Source: Nanobdellota archaeon
GTDB taxonomy: Archaea; Nanobdellota; Nanobdellia; Parvarchaeales; Parvarchaeaceae
Direction: 5' to 3'
NCBI GenBank assembly: GCA_021852265.1
Contig: JAJZNV010000016.1
Location: 189 to 64,188, forward strand
DNA length: 64,000 bases
Below, piece after piece: positions 17,456-26,882 of this stretch. The position numbers were made by a program, and so were the translations under genes. Within the stretch, counting starts at the first letter, position 1. Each line of letters starts with the position of its first letter. The notes beneath the pieces are model-generated. The model was not told where the DNA came from and did not search any database. It saw only the letters and a list, made by a program, of their open reading frames with translations.

Positions 17456-19289
17456 TTTTAAGCAATTTTGAAGCAATCTCGTAGGCTTCACTGGCGTCAA
17501 ACGAAAATCCGAATTTGTCTCTTAGGTTCGTTATCAGAGTATCATATCGTGAGAATCCGCTGGATATAAGCCTTTTTATTTCTGCTTCAAGCGTTGCCCG
17601 GTCCTTCCTTTGTAGAGAATACCTGTTTATTATCCCCTCTACGCTTTGGCTCTTTTTTAAGGCCAGACCCTCAAAAATAAATCTTGCTGCGTCCTTTGCC
17701 AAGTAACCGCTGGCTATTTTTGCCAGCACATTTTCTTCATCGTGTTCGTTTATATCGAAACCGAATTTCCTCTTGATATAGCGGTAATCCTCGACCATCA
17801 CTGAGATTATCGTATTGAACGGAAGCTTGAGTTTCTCCCTTATCTTTACTGCCTGGCTTAACTTGTTTACGCCTATCAGAAGGTCAAGGAACTCGTCACT
17901 AATCCCATATTTCTCTTTTATCGTTTCCGCATCAAATCCTAGGTATTCAGAAGCCTCCTTGAGCAGTCTTTCATCAACTTCCAGGATGGGCAGGTCTGTT
18001 TCCACATACATCCTGTCCTTGCCGCCAAGTGGTCTAAGAAAGCTTGTCGAATTATCTGAATTGACTACGCGCACTTCTGCGGGCACTGCTGTAAGGAGTT
18101 CTCTTAGCCGTTTTTTTATCACTTCTTCCACTGCGCCCCCCTGTTGTATAGAGCATATAGAAAACAGAAATGCATCGTCTTTCTCACATTCTAATTTTGT
18201 AGCAATCCCAGTTTTTTCTTTATCATCTATCCCATAAGCAGGGAGTTCATCAGAATGTATTACCCCGCAGCCCTCTTTTACTTTCAGGTAATCGCTGATT
18301 TCAGTTCCGAATCTCTTATTCTCAGATAATTCGGTGCCCAATGCGCCCTTGAACCCCCTCAATTTGCCACCGAAAACGGCTTTGCCATCGCGTAATGCGT
18401 TTTTCACCATATTTGAACCGGAGTTGACCAGCATTTCACTCAAATCCTGTAAACGTATGGAATCTACATTGTTTAACAGGTAAGCTTTTTCTTTTTCTAT
18501 TTTTATCAGGGAAGCTTGGCGCTTTCCTTCATTGATTATCGCTTTATCCATCTCCCGTATGTTCTGGAAGCCCTTTAATTCGACACGGCTTCCACCCTCT
18601 ATCGAAAGATTAACATCCTGGCGTATGGTTCCTATCCCCCTGCGTACGTTGAATAACCTGGTAAATCTGCCGAATGCAAGAGCTATGGATTTGGCTTCAT
18701 TTTCATCGGTTTCCATTACATCGGTAGCAATTTCGATTAGAGGCATCCCTAGTCTGTCCAACTTGTAAGTGACGGTCTTCTCTGTCTTTTCGGCTTCCAG
18801 GTTCGGACCCGTTTCTTCCCTAGCCGAATCTTCTTCAAGTGCCACAGATGCGATACCGATAGTACTTTTACCGGCTTTGAATTTCCCGTTTAAACCGATT
18901 ATTGCAGTGCGTTGAAAGCCGCTCGTATTCGACCCATTGACTATCGTCTTTCTCATAAAAATAAGTTTTCTGAAAAGCGATGCATTTAGCGCGTTGGCAA
19001 TCTGAAAAGCGACCTCCTGTGAAGTCTTATCCGGCTCGTGTGGAGGCTCCTCATCTATGTCAACTAAGCAATCAGAATCATTGAATATCTGGTATACTAT
19101 CCGTTTAGCCGTTCCTGTCTCAAACTCTGCGCTCTTGTCTATCTTACCACTCTCTCCAAAAGACGGCCGGAAGACACGTACGATTTCGCTGTCACCTTTC
19201 TTTTCCTCGTGGATCTTGGGAGTACATCTACAGAACAGTTTCCCGCTATTGATCTGTACGTGCCATTCAAATCCGCATCTGACCTTCAT
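17448..19289 (-). CDS. gatE: Glu-tRNA(Gln) amidotransferase subunit E
   Basis: MKVRCGFEWHVQINSGKLFCRC is the GatE/GatB-type N-terminus. The 613-aa length fits, and the start overlaps the upstream gatD stop by 4 nt. Confidence 0.93.
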   Translation of the reverse strand: MKVRCGFEWHVQINSGKLFCRCTPKIHEEKKGDSEIVRVFRPSFGESGKIDKSAEFETGTAKRIVYQIFNDSDCLVDIDEEPPHEPDKTSQEVAFQIANALNASLFRKLIFMRKTIVNGSNTSGFQRTAIIGLNGKFKAGKSTIGIASVALEEDSAREETGPNLEAEKTEKTVTYKLDRLGMPLIEIATDVMETDENEAKSIALAFGRFTRLFNVRRGIGTIRQDVNLSIEGGSRVELKGFQNIREMDKAIINEGKRQASLIKIEKEKAYLLNNVDSIRLQDLSEMLVNSGSNMVKNALRDGKAVFGGKLRGFKGALGTELSENKRFGTEISDYLKVKEGCGVIHSDELPAYGIDDKEKTGIATKLECEKDDAFLFSICSIQQGGAVEEVIKKRLRELLTAVPAEVRVVNSDNSTSFLRPLGGKDRMYVETDLPILEVDERLLKEASEYLGFDAETIKEKYGISDEFLDLLIGVNKLSQAVKIREKLKLPFNTIISVMVEDYRYIKRKFGFDINEHDEENVLAKIASGYLAKDAARFIFEGLALKKSQSVEGIINRYSLQRKDRATLEAEIKRLISSGFSRYDTLITNLRDKFGFSFDASEAYEIASKLLKNG

Positions 19290-20593
19290 ATAAGAAACTC
19301 ACTTAACTCATTCTTATCCCCAATTTCTCCCGCAACTGAACGAAGCATGTTCTCCCTAACCTTCTCTATATCTCTGGTTTGACCCAATACAAATATCAGT
19401 TTTGAAAACGCCGTCTCACTAAGCATATTGCCTACATAAATGACATTTTTGAATTTTGAGAGCTCCCTAAGACGACTATAAACGAAGGTACTAGTTGGCC
19501 CGTAAACAGTCTGGGTCGTTATTATTACCGGCACAGATTTTTTATTTGCATAAGACAGTGCATCACGCATGCTCTTGTCCGATAGCGGTAAGTTACCAAA
19601 ACCAGTACCTTCTATTACTATGCCATGTGCACCCCCGCTTACGGCATCTTGTATAGGTGCACCCTTCATACCAGGATAACTCAACAGCATCACAACTTTA
19701 TCATCAATCTTTGTGTTTAAGACCGTCTCTCCACTTTTAGGCCTATGCGGTGAAAGGTCAATTATATCTCCGTTTAGATGAACTTCTGAGAGAGGCATTG
19801 AATTTATCGGTCTAAACGCATCTCTTCTCTCGGAATGCATCTTTCTGGTGCGGTTTCCTCTAAGGAGGAAATTGTAATTGTCATTTAGGTTTGCATGCAT
19901 ACATATAACTGATTCGCCCCCTTCCCATTTTGATGCTGCAATCGCTGATAGGAGCAGGTTCGTGGATGCGTCTGTTGAGCCTCTATCTAGACTTCTCTGC
20001 GCACCAGTGAACACCACTGGCACGGAAAGGGGATTTAGCATGAATGAGAGCGCGGAGGATATAAAATGCATAGTGTCCGTACCAGTAGTGACTATTATGC
20101 CCTTTGAGCCGCGGTTTATAGCATCATAAGCTGCCTTTGCCATCTTTACCCAGTCAGATGGCGCAATATCCTCTGATAATTTGCTCATAAGCGTATTGAC
20201 TTCGACATTACCATAATCTTTTAAGCCCGGCGCTATCTGGAAGTAATACTCTGGTGGAACGGTAGGTGATACTCCCCCGGTTTTATAATCAATTTTTGAG
20301 GAGATAGTTCCTCCTGTAGTTATCAGGGTCAAATCAGAATTTTCTATTGAGAAAGCAGGTGTCTCTTTACCGTGATTCAGCTTTGTAATAGGAGCTCTGC
20401 TTATCAGCTTCATTGAGGAAACATTCTCTTCCCCCATTGCGACATCATATCCAGATTTTAACTTTAGTATAACCAATTTTTTTTCAGCGTCACGTCTTAT
20501 AAATTCGCCATGGAAGATTCTTTTGTTGAACATCACTTCTATTGAGTCTCCCAACTTTAGCGATTTTAGAAGCTGCGCTATACTTGCTTTCAT
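19286..20593 (-). CDS. gatD: Glu-tRNA(Gln) amidotransferase subunit D (asparaginase-like)
   Basis: The asparaginase motifs TTGGTISS and TTGTDTM are present, and the gene is coupled to gatE. Confidence 0.93.
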   Translation of the reverse strand: MKASIAQLLKSLKLGDSIEVMFNKRIFHGEFIRRDAEKKLVILKLKSGYDVAMGEENVSSMKLISRAPITKLNHGKETPAFSIENSDLTLITTGGTISSKIDYKTGGVSPTVPPEYYFQIAPGLKDYGNVEVNTLMSKLSEDIAPSDWVKMAKAAYDAINRGSKGIIVTTGTDTMHFISSALSFMLNPLSVPVVFTGAQRSLDRGSTDASTNLLLSAIAASKWEGGESVICMHANLNDNYNFLLRGNRTRKMHSERRDAFRPINSMPLSEVHLNGDIIDLSPHRPKSGETVLNTKIDDKVVMLLSYPGMKGAPIQDAVSGGAHGIVIEGTGFGNLPLSDKSMRDALSYANKKSVPVIITTQTVYGPTSTFVYSRLRELSKFKNVIYVGNMLSETAFSKLIFVLGQTRDIEKVRENMLRSVAGEIGDKNELSEFLI

Positions 20594-20899
20594 ACATAGA
20601 ATTATAAGTTATACATATTTTAACTTTTTTTATGGCAGTGTAAAAATCTACGTGTCAGTCTGTTGCATTACGTCGGTTTTATCATTAAACTACAGTTCAA
20701 TAATCTTTTTAAATACAAGAAGAGTAAAATTATTATAAATAAAATTTAAAATTTGAATGTTTTGGGGAAAACATCCAAATTTTTAATCGTTAGTTTGTAA
20801 GTATTTGGGAACACTTACTTTTCTTTATAAAAATATAAGACAAGATGGGAATATAAAGCTTTTGGTTTTAGATTTTCATCTGTCTAAAGGAGGGAAAAA

Positions 20900-21982
20900 A
20901 TGGTAATGGATCTGTTAGTGGAGAGCGCGCTCAAAGCTAGCAAAGAAAATGTAAACGAACCATTGTTTAACCAGGCCCTTATAAAGGTTTTAGGGGTTGG
21001 CGGCGGTGGAAATAACATGGCCAGTTGGCTTTATAAGAAGGGCGTAAAAGGCGCCGAGGTCGTAATAGCCAATACAGACCAGGTTCAGTTGAACGCAAGG
21101 CATGCAGACAAAAAAATCCTTATAGGAAAGGAACTTACCCGTGGACTTGGTGCTGGCGGTTTTCCTGCAAAGGGAAAAGCTGCAGCAGAAGAATCTGCGA
21201 GAGAGCTTAAAGACTCGCTCAGGGGAGCTGATTTAGTATTCGTTTGCGCCGGTTTGGGCGGCGGGACAGGTACTGGTGCGGCACCTGTTGTAGCAAAGCT
21301 TGCTAAGGAATCGGGGGCAATAGTAATAAGCACTGTAACAATGCCTTTTAAGACGGAACGAAAACGTGTTGAGAATGCAGAAACCGGTCTGGCCGAATTA
21401 AGGACTAATTCAGATACGGTAATTGTAATCGACAACAACAGACTCGTAAGCATGGCTGGTAACCTTCCGGTAGACCAGGCATTTAATGTAGCGAATGAAG
21501 TGGTAGCCACGATGATAAAAGGTATCGTAGAGACGATATCAGATGCGGCAGCCTTAGTACACCTCGACTTCGCGGACATTAAGGCGATAATGAACCAAGG
21601 TGGTGTATCCGTTATTGGAATAGGCGAAACCGATGCATCTGATTCAAGGGTAAACGAGGTCGTAAGGAGAGCCCTTAACAACCCATTACTTGATGTCAGC
21701 TACAAAGGAGCCAAAGGTGCACTGATACACATAACGGGCGGTCCCGACCTTACTTTATCTGAAGTAAACCAGATAGGTGAGTTAGCGACTCAGTCTCTGG
21801 ACCCTGACGCAGTAGTCATATGGGGTGCCAGGGTAGATGAAGGACTAACTGGTAAACTGAGGGTAATGACCATAATAACTGGCGTAAGTTCGCCGTACTT
21901 GTTGGGTCAGGAGGAGCTAACGACTCTTTCAAAAACAACAGGAGCAATAAACCAGGAACTCGGTATCGAGGTACTGAGGTAG
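20900..21982 (+). CDS. ftsZ: cell division GTPase FtsZ (paralog 1)
   Basis: GVGGGGNNM, the tubulin signature [15 protein letters not shown], and NTD. A GGAGGG Shine-Dalgarno lies at 20889..20894. Confidence 0.95.
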   Translation: MVMDLLVESALKASKENVNEPLFNQALIKVLGVGGGGNNMASWLYKKGVKGAEVVIANTDQVQLNARHADKKILIGKELTRGLGAGGFPAKGKAAAEESARELKDSLRGADLVFVCAGLGGGTGTGAAPVVAKLAKESGAIVISTVTMPFKTERKRVENAETGLAELRTNSDTVIVIDNNRLVSMAGNLPVDQAFNVANEVVATMIKGIVETISDAAALVHLDFADIKAIMNQGGVSVIGIGETDASDSRVNEVVRRALNNPLLDVSYKGAKGALIHITGGPDLTLSEVNQIGELATQSLDPDAVVIWGARVDEGLTGKLRVMTIITGVSSPYLLGQEELTTLSKTTGAINQELGIEVLR

Positions 21983-21990
21983 GGTTTATA

Positions 21991-22021
21991 GAGGATACTG
22001 GGCCAGTAGGGCCCAGACCTC
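21991..22021 (+). terminator. hairpin just after the ftsZ stop
   Basis: ctgggcc (21998..22004) pairs with ggcccag (22010..22016), extended by gagg/cctc. Confidence 0.4.
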
Positions 22022-22065
22022 TAACTCTATAAACATCTCGTTCTTCAACAAATTTTCCTCCACTC

Positions 22066-22100
22066 TAATGGGGGCTTCTAATGCCCCCATTATTTATTTT
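22066..22100 (+). terminator. 10-bp perfect hairpin followed by a T-rich tract
   Basis: taatgggggc (22066..22075) pairs with gcccccatta (22083..22092) around a 7-nt loop, then tttatttt. Confidence 0.5.
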
Positions 22101-22182
22101 AATTGTCTGCGGTGCTAGCAAAGATTGCATTTATGGAGGGTTTATATCCCTTGAAACACTATAATTACAATCGAAGGCGTAA

Positions 22183-25100
22183 ATGGCACCAGCCAATAAA
22201 CTGTTTTTGAAATATGCGCCCATTTTTTTTAGCCTGATTGCGGCGTTGGTATCACTTACTTTTGTGTTATCTATTGGACTAGTCGGATCTGCGGGAAATC
22301 ATCCAATTTCAGCACAAATTGTTTTAAATAGCGTGGTCACACCGTTCGCAAAGACGGATTCGTGCACGGTGACGCTTTATCTAAACGGTCAAGTAAGCAA
22401 CTCATCTATAGCATATGGTATGGCTTCGAACTACACCGCAGTATTTACAGCGACATCATCGGGTTCGACTGCGCCTCCAATAACTTACATGCTTTTTGTC
22501 AATGGTAAAAAGGTGAATAACTTTACAACTAGCCAAGGTCCGACTGGCAACTTTACTCTAGGGCGCATAAAATTAAGATCTGCAGGAAATTACAGCGTAG
22601 TTGCCAATTCCAGCGGGGCGACGACAAATTGCAGACAAGCGCTTAAACAAACGGTTTCTAAGGCTTTACCGACGCTTTCTCTGTCATCAAGTTCTTCGAA
22701 TTTCACATATAATGGATCTGCATTAAGCTTTACCGGGTCAGTTGTGTCCCCTGCTGCGGGATTGGCCGGTAATCTCTATATAAACGGTAAACTATCGATA
22801 AATCCGTATAGTAACAGGTCAGCGGGAACCTATGCCGCAGTGTTTAATACCAGCGGCAATCAGAACTATTCCGCCGCATCCCTTCTTTTAATACGAAAAA
22901 TATATACTGCAATGCCAGTTCTATCCCTAGGTGCAAAATTGGCGAATTATACATATAATACTACTCAGGAGAATTTTACGGTGCATGTTTCTTCAGTCAA
23001 TAACCAAGTCTCCGGGAATTTTTATAAAAACGGTGTAAAGCTGGCATTATCGGTTAATAACACACTTTACTACCTAAACGGTACAGCCGGCGTTTATTCA
23101 CTCATACTCAATAATAGTGCAAGCCAAAACTATTCCTCTGCAACTTACTCATTAGCCAGACAGATAAGCAAGGCACACCCTGCGATTTTGTTAAATGCAT
23201 CCCTTGGAAATTTCACATACAACGGGACGGCCGAAAAGTTTAGCGTTTACTCAAGCACACCCTCCATAACAACAAAACTGTACATAAATGGAAAAAATGC
23301 GACTAGCCCGTATTTAAACGGCACGGCGGGGAGTCTATATGCTGTGTACAACAGTTCTGGAAACGTAAACTATACTCCTGCTTCTGTCACTTCAGCAAGG
23401 GCTATAACAAGGGCGGTGCCGGCACTTGCACTAAGTTCAAAACCAGAAATAAATTATACCGAAAACGGCACAAATCTTAAGTTTATAGCAAATATCTCAT
23501 CGATCGGAAACCAGCTTATTGGAGAGTTGGTGGTCAATGACCTTATAGGAACGCTATCATTAAACAAATCATTTAATTCGGGTTATATTATGAACTTAGG
23601 CCAGACGGACGGGATTTGGCAGGCTAATTTCAGCACGTCAGGGGATACAAATTATACACAATATTCAACCTCTTTAACAAGACAGCTTTCCGAGTCGACT
23701 ACAAATCTTTTTGATTTGTTTCTAGACGGCATTGAAGGAATAAATGTATCCGCCGTTTACGGCACGCAATCAAATTTTACCGCAACCGCTCCATCAAGTT
23801 ATGAATGGGTCAGTCTTTACATAAACGGCACAAAAATTGCAGGTCCTTCAAAAAATAAAATAATCTACCTTTCAAACCTAAGTACCGGTGTATACAATGT
23901 TTCAGCCATAACAAATGAGAGTGGGCTAAGAATTATAACCAACTATTATACGATTCTAAAGCGTTCTCCGGATATACAAATATCTCCTTCAATATATGGA
24001 AATTTTAGCTATAACGGCTCGATAGACAGCGTAGCATTTAATATAAATTCGGTAGACAATCAAATACCCCTAAACGTCAGTCTAAATGGCACATTAATAA
24101 ACATTACCCGCTCCCGGTTTGTTTATAATATAAGCTTACCGGGAATTTACAATTTCACAGTGCACACTCCAGGAGACGAAAATTATACTTCATTAGTATT
24201 AACCAAGATAATAAGCATCTTAACAAGCAAGGCTCCGGTCTCAATCATTACTACCAATACGGAGCAGGGCATGCACCTTATAGTGCCGGTTCATCTCCTT
24301 AACGATACAAATAGCGGTATACTGGTCGATATGTATAAATTGAACAATTCATTTTTGCAATTCAGGCTCAATATGTTCCTGCCTAGCAATAATATAACCA
24401 TCCCCTTACCAACAAGCTTACTGCCAATAACTAAGATCGTTTTCGCATCGTCGTCCTCCCTTATAGCCCCGGAATTAAGGATAAGTGCTCCGGTTAAAAC
24501 CACATGTGGGAGTACAGCCCTGCCAAACGCAATCAAATTTTTCAACATAACTGCCTTTTTTTCTGAACGACCCGTATTAAAGAACATTTCGTATGGGTTT
24601 TCACTTAGTAAAAGGATGTTTGTGGACATCCCATGGGCTACTGTTAACAATGTCGCTCTGTACAGGTGTGACCGCAACAGCTCAACATGGCAGATTTTAC
24701 CAACGCGGCTCCTATCCGGAAATTATACTTACGCTAATTATCTCGGTACATCAAACGGCACTTCTCTTTATGCCATCGGACTGATAAATCAATCTGCGAG
24801 CCATATACTGGTGCAGACCAGAGTAAATACTTCAGGTTTACCATATGGTTACTCATACCGCATAAAATACATCAATTCTACCTTATCTGCAGTTACTCCA
24901 TCAGCGATTATATTTAACTCTAGCGCAGGTAATTACCCTCTTTCAGCCGACGTGCTGTCAAATAGCTCTTTCGCTTGGCCAAATCTGTGCACAACGACAT
25001 ATTCGCCTGTCGATGCAGCAGTATATCCTATCATAGTACCCGCAGGTTCTTCTTTAACAATAATGTATTCAGCCCCATCAACATCCTGTGTTAATGTAGT

Positions 25101-25644
25101 GGCGCCATTATACGGTTCAGGTTTTACCATCCCCTTGACAGTCGGCGCATTAGTGGCATTATTCCTATCTTTGTTGTTTCTTATAATACTGAAAAATAGA
25201 CATACAAAGCACAATGCACACGCAGTCCTCCGGCCCAGACTGACATGGGCATCTTTTCTTTTATTCGCACTGGGACTCTTCTGGCTTGCACTTGCCTTTA
25301 TAGGCATGGACTTGTCCAGAACACTTGTGAATGTCCCTGCTCAGGCAATTGTAGCACAGGTGCTCTCAGTTTTCGCGATAGTGTTGTCCCTATTTTATAT
25401 ATTTGCTGCGTCCCAGATAAGAAACCGTAAAAAATATGGAGGTATCCTCGGAATAATAGCCATTGCACTTGCGCTACCCGTAAATATTTTGCTTTTATAT
25501 GTAGGTGCAGGTTATATTCCCAGCGTTTTACTTTTTTCATCTATACCGTCTCTCGAATTCGCAGTTGTAGGGCTTGCGGGTTTGGTTATAGACTTCTTGA
25601 TAGGGGTCCTTATAGCGTTCGAGTGGAAATCTTTTAGACGATAA
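22183..25644 (+). CDS. large surface glycoprotein-like protein: N-terminal signal/anchor, tandem Ig-like repeats, C-terminal polytopic membrane domain
   Basis: The N-terminal hydrophobic segment is IFFSLIAALVSLTFVLSIGLV. There are at least 6 repeats of about 85-90 aa ending in ...NYxxA(S/T)...(K/R)AxPxL, very many NxS/T sequons, and about 6 hydrophobic helices in the last 200 aa or so. Confidence 0.6.
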   Translation: MAPANKLFLKYAPIFFSLIAALVSLTFVLSIGLVGSAGNHPISAQIVLNSVVTPFAKTDSCTVTLYLNGQVSNSSIAYGMASNYTAVFTATSSGSTAPPITYMLFVNGKKVNNFTTSQGPTGNFTLGRIKLRSAGNYSVVANSSGATTNCRQALKQTVSKALPTLSLSSSSSNFTYNGSALSFTGSVVSPAAGLAGNLYINGKLSINPYSNRSAGTYAAVFNTSGNQNYSAASLLLIRKIYTAMPVLSLGAKLANYTYNTTQENFTVHVSSVNNQVSGNFYKNGVKLALSVNNTLYYLNGTAGVYSLILNNSASQNYSSATYSLARQISKAHPAILLNASLGNFTYNGTAEKFSVYSSTPSITTKLYINGKNATSPYLNGTAGSLYAVYNSSGNVNYTPASVTSARAITRAVPALALSSKPEINYTENGTNLKFIANISSIGNQLIGELVVNDLIGTLSLNKSFNSGYIMNLGQTDGIWQANFSTSGDTNYTQYSTSLTRQLSESTTNLFDLFLDGIEGINVSAVYGTQSNFTATAPSSYEWVSLYINGTKIAGPSKNKIIYLSNLSTGVYNVSAITNESGLRIITNYYTILKRSPDIQISPSIYGNFSYNGSIDSVAFNINSVDNQIPLNVSLNGTLINITRSRFVYNISLPGIYNFTVHTPGDENYTSLVLTKIISILTSKAPVSIITTNTEQGMHLIVPVHLLNDTNSGILVDMYKLNNSFLQFRLNMFLPSNNITIPLPTSLLPITKIVFASSSSLIAPELRISAPVKTTCGSTALPNAIKFFNITAFFSERPVLKNISYGFSLSKRMFVDIPWATVNNVALYRCDRNSSTWQILPTRLLSGNYTYANYLGTSNGTSLYAIGLINQSASHILVQTRVNTSGLPYGYSYRIKYINSTLSAVTPSAIIFNSSAGNYPLSADVLSNSSFAWPNLCTTTYSPVDAAVYPIIVPAGSSLTIMYSAPSTSCVNVVAPLYGSGFTIPLTVGALVALFLSLLFLIILKNRHTKHNAHAVLRPRLTWASFLLFALGLFWLALAFIGMDLSRTLVNVPAQAIVAQVLSVFAIVLSLFYIFAASQIRNRKKYGGILGIIAIALALPVNILLLYVGAGYIPSVLLFSSIPSLEFAVVGLAGLVIDFLIGVLIAFEWKSFRR
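22330..24240 (+). repeat. tandem coding repeats (about 255-270 nt, Ig-like modules) inside the 22183 gene
   Basis: Recurrent protein pattern: (A/S)xPxLxL...NFTYNG...LYINGK...GTYAAVFNTSGNQNYSAAS and variants. Confidence 0.6.
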
Positions 25645-25695
25645 GAATAAGAAAATAATGTTGTCGTCCCAAAATTAGACCAAAAATCGCAAAGA

Positions 25696-25953
25696 TTATT
25701 TATTTTTTCTGTGTGGACACCCGGTCCAACAACAAGGTCTTCGCATTCCTTCTTTCAACTCAGAAACAACTCGCACCACATGCTCGTCTCTCGTTTGTTG
25801 CCGCTTTGGAGAAATCATCCAGCAAATCCACTCGTTTCTTGCTAATGGCGTAATATCTTCCCATCTTTCAAATGCTTTCTTGTCTGTCAATAGTGCCTTT
25901 TTCAAGTCAGTTGGTAGTCTATGCACCGTTCCAAAAGATATTTTTTGTGCCAT
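25696..25953 (-). CDS. YdeI/OmpD-associated-family-like small protein
   Basis: LPTDLKKALLTDKKAFERWEDITPLARNEWICWMISPKRQQTRDEHVVRVVSELKEG follows the YdeI pattern (LPxDLxxAL..F..L....R.E.I.WI...K..ETR..R). The tail RRPCCWTGCPH also fits. Start taken at MAQK. Confidence 0.55.
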   Translation of the reverse strand: MAQKISFGTVHRLPTDLKKALLTDKKAFERWEDITPLARNEWICWMISPKRQQTRDEHVVRVVSELKEGMRRPCCWTGCPHRKNK

Positions 25954-26014
25954 GGTCGATAAAATCAAGATAAATTTATAAAATTTTCTATTTTAGAATT
26001 ATGCCCAATAAGAA

Positions 26015-26087
26015 TGAGCCCAGAGAGATTCGGACTCCCGGCTTTCTCCGTGTAAGGGAGACGTCATAACCACTAGACCATGGGCTC
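26015..26087 (-). tRNA. tRNA-Val (anticodon UAC)
   Basis: Manual fold: acceptor GAGCCCA/TGGGCTC, D arm GTCT-AGTGGTTA-TGAC, anticodon stem TCTCC/GGAGA, loop CTTACAC, T arm GGGAG-TCCGAAT-CTCTC, discriminator A. The T loop reads U54-C55, which is unusual. Confidence 0.75.
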
Positions 26088-26269
26088 TTAATCAGTTACT
26101 AAGTTGCACAAGATTTTAATACTTTATAATAAATCAAGTCTAAGCCGCAGATGATATTAAAAAGAAATAGTATAATATGATGTGATGCAGTTCTGTAAAA
26201 CAATAGGTTCAACTGAACAAAATCGTTTAAATAAACTAAAACCTATATTATTATACGCAGGTTAAAATT

Positions 26270-26345
26270 GGGCTCGTCGCTTAACCAGGTCAGAGCAGCT
26301 GGCTCTTAACCAGCCCTATTACGGGTTCAAATCCCGTCGGGCCCA
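26270..26345 (+). tRNA. tRNA-Lys (anticodon CUU)
   Basis: Manual fold: acceptor GGGCTCG/CGGGCCC, D arm GCTT-AACCAGGTCA-GAGC, anticodon stem GCTGG/CCAGC, loop CTCTTAA, T arm ACGGG-TTCAAAT-CCCGT, discriminator A. The variable region appears to be 6 nt. Confidence 0.8.
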
Positions 26346-26840
26346 TTTTATTCAAGGGATAGTGGTATCTTCTGAAAAGTGTACGCTCAGTTACTCTTGT
26401 AGGAATAAGGTAAAAGTTCTATGTATTTATAGGCTAAAATAAATAAGCGATATACTGGTATATTAAAAATCGCTTTTAGATTTCTAAATAGTATCGAAGG
26501 TTGGGCAGATAAAGCTGCCAGAGAATCAACTCCTAAATCCCCGCTTGAAAGTAATAGAAATAATAAAAGATAGCTGAGATATGTTAATAAATACGTGGGA
26601 GGAGAATTATTTCAGGGTTTAGAGATAATTTGGTTTAAGGAAATTTTGATCTAGTCAATGTCTTATAGAGTTTTTGGGTAAAATACTGAAAGCAAGTTTG
26701 GATATTGCATAAAAACCGGAGTATTTCTGGATAACTGCTTTTACACCGGTATAACATTTCTGTCTCTGTTTTATAGAATCCTCCAATTAGTACATATAGT
26801 AGTTGATATCAATGCATAAATATGTGGATTTACTAATCTA

Positions 26841-26861
26841 TTTGTAGAGATTTTCTACAAA
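26841..26861 (+). promoter_or_regulatory. inverted repeat TTTGTAGA-N5-TCTACAAA between promoter region and the gdhA Shine-Dalgarno
   Basis: Perfect 8-bp arms, 22 nt upstream of the ATG at 26883. GGAGG lies at 26869..26873. Confidence 0.3.
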
Positions 26862-26882
26862 CGATTTTGGAGGCGATATCCT

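Noticed and set aside
21085-21681. 198-aa minus-strand ORF inside ftsZ paralog 1. Similar cases are 44353..44835 and 44860..45255 inside ftsZ paralog 2.
   Set aside because: They are fully antisense to strongly recognisable FtsZ genes. Their A/S/P/T-rich low-complexity translations are typical of the shadow frame of Gly/Ala-rich coding sequence.
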